This document shows positions 36,909 to 46,755 of a stretch of 64,000 nucleotides of DNA, one piece after another (position 1 is the first letter of the stretch; every line of letters begins with the position of its first letter). This DNA is from Dehalococcoidia bacterium. Lineage in GTDB: Bacteria > Chloroflexota > Dehalococcoidia > Lucifugimonadales > Australimonadaceae. The DNA is taken from assembly GCA_022449765.1 (NCBI GenBank), contig JAKUPZ010000006.1:16897-80896 (forward strand), in the 5' to 3' direction. Made by a program: the position numbers and the translations under genes. Under the pieces are notes generated by a model, which saw only the letters and a program-made list of their open reading frames with translations, searched no databases and was not told where the DNA came from.

Positions 36909-37622
36909 TTGATGGTATCGACAAAAACAAAAAAGAGGCCGGATCACAAATGGGGTATGGTAATCGATCTTGATCGCTGTACAGCATGCCAAGCATGCGT
37001 GATTGCGTGTCAATCCGAAAATAATATACCTATCAATCAGGAGTCCACTTTCCTTGAAGGCCGGGCTATCGAATGGATCCGAATTGAACGCTATTGGGAG
37101 GGAACATATCCCAATGTAAAGGCTAGGTTCCTTCCTATGCTCTGCCAACACTGTGACAATGCCCCATGTGAATCTGTTTGTCCTGTATATGCGACTTATC
37201 ACAACAATGAAGGATTGAATGTTCAGGTATACAACAGGTGCGTGGGTACGAGATTCTGTGGGAATAACTGCCCTTATCACGCCCGATTATTTAATTACTG
37301 GGAACCAGTATGGCCCGAAGAATTAAAAAACCAATTAAACCCTGATGTTACTGTCCGCAGCAGAGGAATTATGGAGAAATGCACAATGTGCATTCAACGT
37401 ATTCGACGGGCAACTCGAGGCGGGAAAGAAGTAGCTGATCAATCTTTCAATCCTGCATGTGTTCAAGCCTGTCCTACCGACGCTATGGTTTTTGGAGACT
37501 TAAACAATTCTCAAACTCAAGTATCAAAAAAATGGGAAGATGAAAGAGGGTATCGTGTTCTTGAAGTGCTTGGTACCAATCCAAGCGTGAAATATCTTAA
37601 GCAGGTTGAAGTAGATGCATAA
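36909..37622 (+). CDS. actB2: ACIII 4Fe-4S ferredoxin-type subunit ActB2
   Basis: Its cysteine clusters are CTACQACVIAC, CQHCDNAPCESVCP, CVGTRFCGNNCPY and CTMC...CVQACP. Confidence 0.8.
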   Translation: MMVSTKTKKRPDHKWGMVIDLDRCTACQACVIACQSENNIPINQESTFLEGRAIEWIRIERYWEGTYPNVKARFLPMLCQHCDNAPCESVCPVYATYHNNEGLNVQVYNRCVGTRFCGNNCPYHARLFNYWEPVWPEELKNQLNPDVTVRSRGIMEKCTMCIQRIRRATRGGKEVADQSFNPACVQACPTDAMVFGDLNNSQTQVSKKWEDERGYRVLEVLGTNPSVKYLKQVEVDA

Positions 37623-38988
37623 TGAGGTTCCAGAAATAGGCCCTTATCCTACGCATCGCGAAGTTGCGCAGGATGTCCTAGGGAAATTCCAAGTCATTAG
37701 CTCACGTTATTGGATCACAATGGCTGTACTGGGCTTCCTTGTCTTGCTCGGGATCGTTGGCTTTGTTATTAGACTGAATGACGGATTTGACAATGCCAGT
37801 AGGGCAAACTGGGGATATTTGGTTGCGACATTAGCCTTTATTGTAACTACGTTTACTGCAATGCCCGTCATTTCCGCAGGTCTACGGCTTACCAAAGCCA
37901 ATTGGAGACGTTCGTTTACACGAATGAACGAGAACATGGCACTCACAGGAATTGTGGTGATGGCACTATTAATCCCTGCAATCATCGCATTGCCTCCACT
38001 TGAAGGTAGGATGAGCATCTGGTTCGAATGGCCTCAGGGTGCTCCTATGCTATGGGACATTATGGGCTACGGAACATTGGTATTGATTGGATTAGTCATG
38101 CTGTGGACATGTGCCGTACCAGATCTTGCTGCTGCGAGTGAATACCTGCCTGCCTCGCCTCGTCAAAGGTTCATTAAATGGCTTTCATTAGGTTGGATAG
38201 GCGGGACGAGACAATGGAAAATCATGTATCAAGCTACTCTCCTTATGGGAGTAATGTACTTACTTACATACCCACTAGTCCAAACTCTTATGATCTCTGA
38301 TTTTAATCACGGGCTCTTACCTGGTTATAAAGATGCGATCATACCAGCGACTGTAGTTGTGAACGGGCTCCAAGGTGCTGTCGCGATGACATTAGTAGTT
38401 ATGTACTGCATGCGCCGATTTGCAGGCTACGAAAGATATTTCGGGATAGATCAATTTTGGGCTCTTTCAAAACCTCTTTTAGCCTTTTCATTGTTATGGT
38501 TTTACTTCTTTTGGGCTAGCTTCATTACCTTTTGGTATGGAAGGCAGCCCGGTGAGAGTGAAATTTTGCGATTCCTCGTGCTTGAGGAATACCGTGTTCA
38601 TTTCCTCATCTCGTTATTCCTAAATTTCATTGCTCCTTTGATTGCGCTGGTCTGGAGCCCGGTACGTAAGAGTATTTGGGGGCCAACCATCGTCAGTGTT
38701 GGAATTTTAATTGGAGCCTTCGTAAATCAGGTAAGGCTTTTTGTATCTGCGTTCTCAGTTGTCGATCCAGGGCAGCATGTGCTAGACCCTAGACCTGCAA
38801 CACAGTGGCCTGCAGCACCTGACGTAATGATTATTGCGGGCTCACTTGCTGCCTGCATAATGGTATTTATGGCTATAAGTAAAATTATTCCGGTTGTTTC
38901 AATCTGGGAAGTTGCTGAAGGTTTAAGATTAGTGAAAGTTAGACGGTACTTAAACCGCCACGTAAGAGTAATATCAAAGTCGCATTAG
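37615..38988 (+). CDS. actC: ACIII NrfD/PsrC-like polytopic membrane subunit ActC
   Basis: 457 aa with about 10 TM helices. It overlaps actB2 by 8 nt and has NrfD-like topology. Confidence 0.7.
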   Translation: MHNEVPEIGPYPTHREVAQDVLGKFQVISSRYWITMAVLGFLVLLGIVGFVIRLNDGFDNASRANWGYLVATLAFIVTTFTAMPVISAGLRLTKANWRRSFTRMNENMALTGIVVMALLIPAIIALPPLEGRMSIWFEWPQGAPMLWDIMGYGTLVLIGLVMLWTCAVPDLAAASEYLPASPRQRFIKWLSLGWIGGTRQWKIMYQATLLMGVMYLLTYPLVQTLMISDFNHGLLPGYKDAIIPATVVVNGLQGAVAMTLVVMYCMRRFAGYERYFGIDQFWALSKPLLAFSLLWFYFFWASFITFWYGRQPGESEILRFLVLEEYRVHFLISLFLNFIAPLIALVWSPVRKSIWGPTIVSVGILIGAFVNQVRLFVSAFSVVDPGQHVLDPRPATQWPAAPDVMIIAGSLAACIMVFMAISKIIPVVSIWEVAEGLRLVKVRRYLNRHVRVISKSH

Positions 38989-39002
38989 TACGGATTAAAT
39001 GA

Positions 39003-40376
39003 ATGTATTACCGCAGAACATTAACTGACGCTCAAATAAATAAAGAACTTCTAGACGTTGTGTTCCGTACGCCTACCTGGTGGGTGATACTTGTATCAGC
39101 GCTAGGGCTTATGGTTGCCATAGGTGCTGGCGCATTTGGCTTCATGATGAATAAAGGTCTAGGCGTAACTGGCTTACACCAACCAGTATTCTGGGGATTT
39201 TTCATTACTAACTTCATCTTCTGGGTAGGTATTAGTCATGCTGGAGTAATGATTTCAGCGATACTTCGCCTAAGCCAAGCTGAATGGCGAAGGCCTATGG
39301 TTCGCGCAGCTGAAACGATGACTGTCTTTGCTTTAATGACCTCATTGCTGCAGCCCCTAATACATGCTGGTAGGCCTTGGAGAATTTTTTATTGGGTCTT
39401 CCCTTACGACTGGGCACGTGGTATTTGGCCCGACGTTCGATCCCCATTGGTCTGGGATCCGACCGCAATTATCACTTACCTAACTTCTAGCATACTGTTC
39501 GTTTACACAGCTCTTATTCCTGATTTAGCCATTATCAGGGACAGAAGTACAGGTTGGAAGAGAACTGTCTACGGAATCCTTGCGCTTGGTTGGCATGGGA
39601 ATCCTCGACAATGGAAGCTCCAGGGAATAGCAGGGATCTTGCTATCAGCGCTAATTCTTCCTGTATTCGTTTCAGTACACAGTATTGTTTCTTGGGATTT
39701 TGGTGTCAGCTTAGTGCCATCTTGGCACGTCACTGTTTTTGCACCTTACTTCGTTATCGGAGCAGTTCATTCCGGAGTTTCAGCTGTCGTCACACTGATG
39801 ATAGTTATGAGAAAACTTTACAAATTAGAAAATTACATTTGGGAAGAACATATAGATGCCGTGGCTCGATTGCTTATTGTTGTTGCCACAGCATGGCTGT
39901 TTTTCTTCTGGCTTGATATTGTGTTCGCTTTCTGGCTTAAAGAAGAGCAGGAACTTACGGTATGGAATCTGAGGCTATTTGAAGCTCCATGGAGCTGGTT
40001 CTTCCTCGTGTTTATTACAGCTTCCTATATTATTCCTGTCCCACTATGGCTGTTTAGAAGAGTACGTCGGAGTTTCACCTGGATGCTTTGGACAAGCCTT
40101 CTCGTTAACGTAGGTATGTTCCTTGAAAGGCTAATCATTATAGTACCGGCTTTGATGAGGAAAGGTCCTTGGACCTTCAATTACGATACTTATGCACCAA
40201 GCATTGTTGAAATAACACTGGTTGTCGCATCTATTGCACTTGTGTGCTTCTTATTGCTCGTGTTTAGCAAATTCTTCCCTCTGATACCTATCTGGGAAAT
40301 AAAAGAGGGACAAAGACTTATTGAAGAAGTAAAAGTCGGTAACCGAGTAGTACCTGCTTTGGTTAAAGAGGATTAG
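39003..40376 (+). CDS. actF: second NrfD-like polytopic membrane subunit (ActF-like)
   Basis: 457 aa, polytopic and a paralogue of the preceding gene. The two share features such as W..RR..R..E and a C-terminal IPIWE/VSIWE motif. Confidence 0.65.
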   Translation: MYYRRTLTDAQINKELLDVVFRTPTWWVILVSALGLMVAIGAGAFGFMMNKGLGVTGLHQPVFWGFFITNFIFWVGISHAGVMISAILRLSQAEWRRPMVRAAETMTVFALMTSLLQPLIHAGRPWRIFYWVFPYDWARGIWPDVRSPLVWDPTAIITYLTSSILFVYTALIPDLAIIRDRSTGWKRTVYGILALGWHGNPRQWKLQGIAGILLSALILPVFVSVHSIVSWDFGVSLVPSWHVTVFAPYFVIGAVHSGVSAVVTLMIVMRKLYKLENYIWEEHIDAVARLLIVVATAWLFFFWLDIVFAFWLKEEQELTVWNLRLFEAPWSWFFLVFITASYIIPVPLWLFRRVRRSFTWMLWTSLLVNVGMFLERLIIIVPALMRKGPWTFNYDTYAPSIVEITLVVASIALVCFLLLVFSKFFPLIPIWEIKEGQRLIEEVKVGNRVVPALVKED

Positions 40377-40385
40377 GAGAGAGGT

Positions 40386-40898
40386 ATGGCAAATAAAAAA
40401 TTACTGGGACTTTTCCAAGATCCCGAACAGGTAGCAGGCGCTATGACCCAGCTGCATGATAAAGGATTTCCTCCGGAAGACATCGATATCTATTCAGGCA
40501 GCCCTTATCCTGAAGGCTCTTTTAGTGAGCATGAACCTGAAACGAGGCTATACATGTTCCCGCTTATTGGAGCGCTCGTAGGTTTCGCCTTGGGCCTATT
40601 ATGGACGGCTGGAACTCAAATTTCTTACCCTCTTGTTACAGGAGGAAAGCCTCTTTTGAGCATCCCTCCTATGACTATTATCATGTACGAAAACACCATG
40701 TTAGGAGCCATAATATTTACGGTACTTGGTGTACTTTTTGAATCACGGCTCCCACGAAAGAATATGGGACTTTACGACACTAGAATCACCGAGGGCTATA
40801 TTGGCATCATTGTGGATTGCCCGATTGAGCAGGCAGCAGAAGCCGAGTCCTTACTTAAAAAGGCTGGGGCTGAAGAAATAAAGAAGGAAGAGGAATAA
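40386..40898 (+). CDS. actD: ACIII subunit ActD (DUF3341-like)
   Basis: 170 aa. It has an N-terminal soluble segment, two TM helices, and the size and position expected of ActD. Confidence 0.6.
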   Translation: MANKKLLGLFQDPEQVAGAMTQLHDKGFPPEDIDIYSGSPYPEGSFSEHEPETRLYMFPLIGALVGFALGLLWTAGTQISYPLVTGGKPLLSIPPMTIIMYENTMLGAIIFTVLGVLFESRLPRKNMGLYDTRITEGYIGIIVDCPIEQAAEAESLLKKAGAEEIKKEEE

Positions 40899-40901
40899 TA
40901 A

Positions 40902-41555
40902 GTGCTGAAAACACTTGGTAACCGCAATCTCTTTCAATTATCCGCTATTGTACTCATTTCAGTATTGATAGCGGGATGTACCCCTGGAGACCCGTTTAGA
41001 TCTACAGGAACGTACCCGATTGATATATTCCAAGAGATGCACTACAACCAAACCTATAAAGCTCAAGAGCCTCCACGGCTCCTACCTCCTTCAGAGTCAT
41101 ACCCAGTTACCGGCGGTTATATCCGTATAGCCGACCTTCAGGATATAGAAACTAAAGCTAACCCATTATCTGACGCTACGCGTAGAGGAGCACTGGTATA
41201 TAGGCAAAACTGCTCTACTTGCCATGGTCTCACGGGCAATGGTGATGGTCCTACTGGAGAAATTCTTGCCGCCTATAATGTGACTCAACCTCCCGCGTTC
41301 GGAGATGGCGACGGTGTAGTCGTAATCAGAAAAAGTGGTACCAATGTACTCAGTGCGGGGAAAGCTTATCAGTCAATAGCAGCTGGGTATGGGTATATGC
41401 CTGCGTTTGAAGGCTTACTATCCCCTGACGATATTTGGGCAGTCATAGCACTTATTGATGCATCTGTATCAGAGCGCGAGAAAACCCTAGAAGTGGTTAA
41501 TGGTACACCCGAAATCGAGCGCTCATTGGAGCTGCTTAATTTCCGTCAGAACTAG
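40902..41555 (+). CDS. actE: ACIII monohaem cytochrome c lipoprotein ActE
   Basis: It has the lipobox LIAGC, a single CSTCHG haem motif and a downstream M ligand region (GYMPAF). Confidence 0.7.
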   Translation: MLKTLGNRNLFQLSAIVLISVLIAGCTPGDPFRSTGTYPIDIFQEMHYNQTYKAQEPPRLLPPSESYPVTGGYIRIADLQDIETKANPLSDATRRGALVYRQNCSTCHGLTGNGDGPTGEILAAYNVTQPPAFGDGDGVVVIRKSGTNVLSAGKAYQSIAAGYGYMPAFEGLLSPDDIWAVIALIDASVSEREKTLEVVNGTPEIERSLELLNFRQN

Positions 41556-41595
41556 CGGTTAAGTATAATTACTGCTAGGTGATACAAATATCTTT

Positions 41596-42108
41596 ATGAG
41601 TAAAAAGCTAATTGCACTAAGCATAGTATTAATGCTTGCTCTGCCAGTTGCTACCACTGCCTATGCGATAGCTGAAACTGAGCTTCCAAGCGATCTCAAA
41701 TTAAGGTCAGTAGAGCTGCATAAGAACATAATGTGCCCCAAATGTTCAGGACAAACCCTGCATCAATCTAACTCTCCTATAGCATCTTCCATGAGAGAAG
41801 TGATTAGAGAGGAGCTATTGAAGGGGAAGTCCAACGATCAGATAATTAATTTAATGGTTAATGCATATGGTAAAGAAGTCTTAGCCTCTCCTCCGATGAA
41901 GGGATTTTTCGCATTAATATGGATATTACCTCCTATAGCCCTGATTCTAGGCCTTGGAGCAATAACCTTTGTAGTAAGGAGGCTTCGCCACTCCAGACCG
42001 GAAGCCGAACTTGAAAGGCTCGTCCAGCCTCAAAAAATGAAACTAAAAATACGTAAATCCTTAAGTATGATTGATCAAGAGCTTGGCGAAAATTTCGATA
42101 TTAAATAA
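41596..42108 (+). CDS. ccmH: cytochrome c maturation protein CcmH (system I thiol-redox component)
   Basis: It has a signal peptide, the MCPKCSGQTLHQS (CxxC) motif and a C-terminal TM helix. Confidence 0.75.
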   Translation: MSKKLIALSIVLMLALPVATTAYAIAETELPSDLKLRSVELHKNIMCPKCSGQTLHQSNSPIASSMREVIREELLKGKSNDQIINLMVNAYGKEVLASPPMKGFFALIWILPPIALILGLGAITFVVRRLRHSRPEAELERLVQPQKMKLKIRKSLSMIDQELGENFDIK

Positions 42109-42117
42109 ATGGATTAA

Positions 42118-44070
42118 ATGGCAAATTTAGGCACTTCAACTTTATTAATCGCACTCCTTCTGAATGTTTATTGCATTTCTATGGCATTCTTTGGAGCTAA
42201 AAAAGACCTGCGAAGCGCAGTCCTCAGTGCACGGAATGCTAATTATCTAGTTACTTTTTCGTTGCTTATTGCGGTTTGTGTGTTAGTAGCAGCATTTTTA
42301 CAGCATGATTTTTCAATTATCTATGTTGCAGAGCATAGCAACCTCGCTATGCCACGTATTTATACATGGGTGGCTTTCTACGCAGGCAACGAAGGTTCAT
42401 TACTCTTTGTAGCGTTTGCATTAAGCCTTATGTCCTCAATTTCATTGAGCATGATTCCTCGTAGAGTTGGTGTACTCAGCCCTTATACTAACGGTGTCAT
42501 TTCCGTAATCATTCTTTTCTTTATAGTCGTTCTAATTTCACTTGCTAATCCATTTAGCGCACAAGACTTAATCCCTGTCGACGGAAAAGGAATTAATCCC
42601 CTACTAACCCACCCTGGGATGTTCATTCACCCTCCAATGATCATGACAGGATTAATTTCTATTTCGGTGCCTTTTTCCTTAGCAATGGCCGGCCTTATTT
42701 CCGGTCAAATTAATGACGACTGGGTAGACATAGGTAGAGTATGGGGTTTGGTGGCATGGGTGTTACTTGCTATCGGATTATTACTTGGTTCATGGTGGGC
42801 ATACACCATCCTAGGGTGGGGAGGGTATTGGGCATGGGATCCAGTTGAAAACGCCGCTTTCATGCCCTGGCTTGGACTTACAGCTTTTATACATTCAATA
42901 ATGGTACAAAAACGCCGTGGGATGTTTCGAATGTGGAATATTGCGTTGATCAATATTAGTTTTGCGCTTGGGGCATTTGGAATATTCATTAATAGAGGAG
43001 GACCAGTTCCGTCAGTTCATTCCTTTGGTGCCTCAACACTTGGCTGGGTATTCTTATTGTTCCTAGCAGTCTCAACGATCATTTCGTTTGGGCTTTTCTT
43101 TTACCGAATGTCCTTATTGAAGGGCAGTACGTCCTTAGAGTCTGCGCTTTCGCGTGAAACTGCGTTCCTTGTCAACAATTTATTTTTACTAGCAATCGCA
43201 TTTTTTACTCTATGGGGGGTTGTCTTTCCAATCATTTCTGAAATCACTACAGGTGAAACCATCACCGTTGGTGAACCGTATTACAATCAAGTCAATGGTC
43301 CCTTGATGCTAGGGCTTATATGCTTAATGGGAATAGGCCCTCTTCTCCCGTGGAGAAAATCAAACCTATCTCAAGTTAATCGCATTCTTATAGTTCCGTT
43401 AGTCAGCACAACCATTGTAGTTATCGCAATATCGCTGCTTTTCCAAATAACCAAACCTATTGTTATCATTGGAATTGCAGTATCCACCCTTGCCGCAATT
43501 TCGGTCTTCCAGGAATGGATACGTGGGACAAAAGCAAGGCAATCATCGACTGGTCGAAATTATCTACTTGCCTTTTGTGATCTAATTCTCGCCAACCGAC
43601 CAAGATATGGCGGGTACATCGTACACATAGCCATAATAATGCTCGCATTCGGAATTTTAGGTTCATCCTTTTACAATTCTGAAAAAGATGTTTTCTTAGC
43701 AATCGGAGAATCTACCGAAATTGAAGATTATTCGATTGAATTTACAGGAATCCGAACAGAAATATTTCCTGATAGAACGGAAAGAATAGCAGATCTTAAA
43801 ATTACTAAAGGTGACAATGAATTAGGCTCAATTGGAGCGTGGCAGGGAATATATCCTTCATTCTCGATGCTTTCTACTCGAGCGGCTATTAGATCGACTC
43901 CAATTGAAGATTTATATGTGATTTTTAGTGAAACACAGCCTGACGGTAAAACCGCAGCATTTAGAATACTGGTAAACCCTCTAGTTTGGTGGATGTGGTT
44001 ATCAGGACCTTTTGTAATATTAGGTACAATCGTTGCACTATGGCCTGCTCGCAAACGAACAATCATCTAG
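42118..44070 (+). CDS. ccmF: cytochrome c haem lyase subunit CcmF
   Basis: 650 aa and polytopic, with the WWD motif WGGYWAWDPVEN and conserved His residues. Confidence 0.9.
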   Translation: MANLGTSTLLIALLLNVYCISMAFFGAKKDLRSAVLSARNANYLVTFSLLIAVCVLVAAFLQHDFSIIYVAEHSNLAMPRIYTWVAFYAGNEGSLLFVAFALSLMSSISLSMIPRRVGVLSPYTNGVISVIILFFIVVLISLANPFSAQDLIPVDGKGINPLLTHPGMFIHPPMIMTGLISISVPFSLAMAGLISGQINDDWVDIGRVWGLVAWVLLAIGLLLGSWWAYTILGWGGYWAWDPVENAAFMPWLGLTAFIHSIMVQKRRGMFRMWNIALINISFALGAFGIFINRGGPVPSVHSFGASTLGWVFLLFLAVSTIISFGLFFYRMSLLKGSTSLESALSRETAFLVNNLFLLAIAFFTLWGVVFPIISEITTGETITVGEPYYNQVNGPLMLGLICLMGIGPLLPWRKSNLSQVNRILIVPLVSTTIVVIAISLLFQITKPIVIIGIAVSTLAAISVFQEWIRGTKARQSSTGRNYLLAFCDLILANRPRYGGYIVHIAIIMLAFGILGSSFYNSEKDVFLAIGESTEIEDYSIEFTGIRTEIFPDRTERIADLKITKGDNELGSIGAWQGIYPSFSMLSTRAAIRSTPIEDLYVIFSETQPDGKTAAFRILVNPLVWWMWLSGPFVILGTIVALWPARKRTII

Positions 44071-44094
44071 TCATCAAATGAGTACTTAGCAATT

Positions 44095-44424
44095 ATGACA
44101 TTTGCAATAACAACGTTACTTATTCTAATTTCAATTACCATTGTGGGTTATCCAATATGGGCAAACAGGAATCAGTCACAAAAAATTGTTGACCCTATAG
44201 AAGAGATTGAGGAAATATCCCGTCGTTCTCGCGAACGTGTCTATGAAGAAATTAGAATCCTCCAGCAAGAGTATTTCCTCAAGAATATAACTCCTGAAGA
44301 ATACTCCACACAGCTTAATGTAGCTCGTGAAAAAGCCGCCGCATTACTGGTCAATCAGCAAGAGGCCACGCAAATATTGGATTCTATCTATTCTGAAGTA
44401 AGTCAAAAATTCGCAAATGAATAG
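44095..44424 (+). CDS. single-pass membrane protein resembling the N-terminal module of CcmI
   Basis: It has an N-terminal TM helix followed by a helical segment (ERVYEEIRILQQEYFLKNITPEEYSTQLNVAREKAAALL). That segment resembles the CcmI pattern of leucine-rich helices plus G-x-I/L-x-x-E-E-Y. Confidence 0.4.
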   Translation: MTFAITTLLILISITIVGYPIWANRNQSQKIVDPIEEIEEISRRSRERVYEEIRILQQEYFLKNITPEEYSTQLNVAREKAAALLVNQQEATQILDSIYSEVSQKFANE

Positions 44425-44436
44425 GTCAAACACAAT

Positions 44437-45630
44437 TTGATGCTCAAAATTTTATCCTTGCTTTTTATACTTTTTCTGATAGCTCCAACTATTCCAGCCA
44501 TTTATGCAGCAGACAGTGCTACAAAAATTACTGGAACAATCTTACCTAGTAACCCGGACACCTCTGGACCAAAAGATATTTTGGTAACCTTAAACGTTCT
44601 TGAAGGAGTAAGTTCTGTTCGAGAGACATCAGTAAATACGAATGCTCAAGGTGCTTTTGAGTTCGAAATTAATCCAATCCCTAACAGAATTTATTTTATT
44701 AGTACCCAATATAAGGGAGCGACTTACTCATCTAGACGTAACTATAACGATTTTCAAAAGCCTATAGAAATTACTGTTTTTGATTCCACAAAAGACATAT
44801 CAGTTCTTGAAGTTCAAAATCACTCAATTATTGTAACCGGAGCGGTGCCTGAGGAAGGATTTATAGAAATTCTGGAACGAGTGAGTATTGTTAATTCCAG
44901 TAATCAGACATTTATAGCTGACCAAGCAGACGGTACTCCCAGCATGCCCAATTTCTTGCGCTTTGCTCTCCCAAAAGGTGCCTACAATTTAGACGTTCGT
45001 TCTAATTTAATAGGAGGCCAAGTCCTGGAAGTCGATCGTGGGTTTGCCTTAACAACTCCAATCACTCCAACCGTTGAATCGCCACACCAGATTGAATTTG
45101 TTTACAGAGTGAATTACTCCGAACAAAATATCTCCCTGTCTAGAATTCTACGTTTTGGTGCTAAATCCTTTCGCCTAGTTGTTCCTACTAATGTTGGAAC
45201 TCCACGCGCTTCACAGCTAAAAGATCTTGGTGCTACAGAATTAAATGGGAAATTACTTCGATTACTAGAGGCTACAGACATCGAGCCTGCAACTGAGTTG
45301 GAAATTAATTTGTCCGATCTAAAACTACCGTCATTGATCACCAAAATCAGTAACTCTTTAAACAGCTGGTACACACTGCTTATTGTTCCTGTAATTCTCG
45401 CTCTTTGTCTCATTTACTTGCTTGTTTATCTTATTTCTCGAAATAGAAAACCCTATAGCATTGAGTCCGACATTTCGATAGACAAGCAGTTAAGCGATTT
45501 GAGCCACGCATTTGAGGCGGGCATCATTAGCAAGGGTAAATATCAAGCCAGAAGAAAACGAATACAAACGCAATACACTCTGAAAAAAATCCAAGAGCAG
45601 ATGGATCGCCTGCAAGACAACGCACCTTAA
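44437..45630 (+). CDS. secreted beta-rich protein with a C-terminal TM anchor and cytoplasmic helical tail; function unknown
   Basis: It has a signal peptide (LFLIAPTIPAIYA), a beta-rich ectodomain of about 290 aa and a TM helix (WYTLLIVPVILALCLIYLLVYLI). The tail is LSDLSHAFEAGIISKGKYQARRKRI. Confidence 0.4.
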   Translation: MMLKILSLLFILFLIAPTIPAIYAADSATKITGTILPSNPDTSGPKDILVTLNVLEGVSSVRETSVNTNAQGAFEFEINPIPNRIYFISTQYKGATYSSRRNYNDFQKPIEITVFDSTKDISVLEVQNHSIIVTGAVPEEGFIEILERVSIVNSSNQTFIADQADGTPSMPNFLRFALPKGAYNLDVRSNLIGGQVLEVDRGFALTTPITPTVESPHQIEFVYRVNYSEQNISLSRILRFGAKSFRLVVPTNVGTPRASQLKDLGATELNGKLLRLLEATDIEPATELEINLSDLKLPSLITKISNSLNSWYTLLIVPVILALCLIYLLVYLISRNRKPYSIESDISIDKQLSDLSHAFEAGIISKGKYQARRKRIQTQYTLKKIQEQMDRLQDNAP

Positions 45631-45654
45631 CTTTAGGTATCCATTGCATTTTAC

Positions 45655-46755
45655 TTGGTTCGCCCTTATCTTTATTGTATGTTCGGCAAGACTAATACAA
45701 CTACGGGCTCATCAAAATCTAATAGCCCATCAACACTGACAATCGAGAATCTATGTAAATCGTTTGATGGAACAAACGTGGTTAACAACGTCAGTTTTGA
45801 AATTCCTGATGGGCATATATTCACCCTATTAGGTCCAAGCGGAGGTGGGAAAACGACTACTCTTCGGATGATTGCAGGTTTTGAGAAACCTGACTCCGGA
45901 ACCATTTCAATCGGAGGTAAAATTGCCTCAAATGAATCTATTTTCCTGTCACCTGAAAATCGTAAAGTAGGTATGGTTTTCCAAGATTACGCGCTCTTCC
46001 CTCATTTGAATGTGTATAAAAATGTATCCTTCGGAGTGCAATCAAATACTCAAAATTTTTCTGGCATTGACTCCATATTAGAAACAATTGGGATCGCGAG
46101 TCTTAAACATCGTATGCCTCATCAATTATCGGGAGGACAACAGCAACGTGTGGCCCTCGCACGCGCGCTTGCCCCTAACCCAAGTATCATTGCTCTAGAT
46201 GAACCTTTTTCAAATCTAGATACTGAGCTTAGGCAACACGTACGTAATGAAATTCGACAAATCCTCAAAAACGCAAACGTTACTACAATTTTTGTCACCC
46301 ATGATCAGGATGAGGCTTTCGCGATGTCAGATACTGTGGGAATAATGCTAGAGAACAACTTAGTTCAAACTGGTACTCCACATGAAATATATACCGCACC
46401 TGAATCTATCGAAGTAGCAAGGTTCCTAGGAGACATTAATGTCCTTGAAGGCACTGCAAATAGTTCAATTGGGGAGTGCGAATTGGGGAAAGTATTGCTA
46501 TCTGAAACTTTTGGCGACCATCAGAAAGTAAACATTGTCATAAGGCCAGAATCAATCCGACTCAACAATGACTCCAATGAATCAGTTATGGCAAGGATTA
46601 TTTCTGTTGAATTTAGAGGCACTTATAAAACAGTCGAGCTTGCTCTGCCTTCGGGGCAACTTCTTACTTCCATAATGGGTATTCATATCGATGCTACAGT
46701 TGGCGCTGAAGTACCAGTTAGCGTTAATAGTACGGTTTCAGCCTTTCCTATCTAG
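45655..46755 (+). CDS. ABC importer-type ATPase (PotA/FbpC/CysA-like) with a C-terminal regulatory domain
   Basis: It has Walker A GPSGGGKTT, signature LSGGQQQR, Walker B IIALDEP and an additional C-terminal domain of about 120 aa. The likely start is the ATG at 45679. Confidence 0.8.
   Translation: MVRPYLYCMFGKTNTTTGSSKSNSPSTLTIENLCKSFDGTNVVNNVSFEIPDGHIFTLLGPSGGGKTTTLRMIAGFEKPDSGTISIGGKIASNESIFLSPENRKVGMVFQDYALFPHLNVYKNVSFGVQSNTQNFSGIDSILETIGIASLKHRMPHQLSGGQQQRVALARALAPNPSIIALDEPFSNLDTELRQHVRNEIRQILKNANVTTIFVTHDQDEAFAMSDTVGIMLENNLVQTGTPHEIYTAPESIEVARFLGDINVLEGTANSSIGECELGKVLLSETFGDHQKVNIVIRPESIRLNNDSNESVMARIISVEFRGTYKTVELALPSGQLLTSIMGIHIDATVGAEVPVSVNSTVSAFPI

Noticed and set aside
36765-37280. 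A 171-aa minus-strand ORF inside actB1/actB2.
   Set aside because: It is antisense to the Cys-cluster ferredoxin gene, whose motifs are unambiguous. It has no independent support.
45655-46755. The ABC ATPase after the ccm genes, considered as CcmA.
   Set aside because: It has an importer-type architecture: about 360 aa with a C-terminal regulatory domain and the LSGGQQQR signature of PotA/CysA-like proteins. It differs from the short (about 200 aa) CcmA. No ccmB or ccmC is adjacent.
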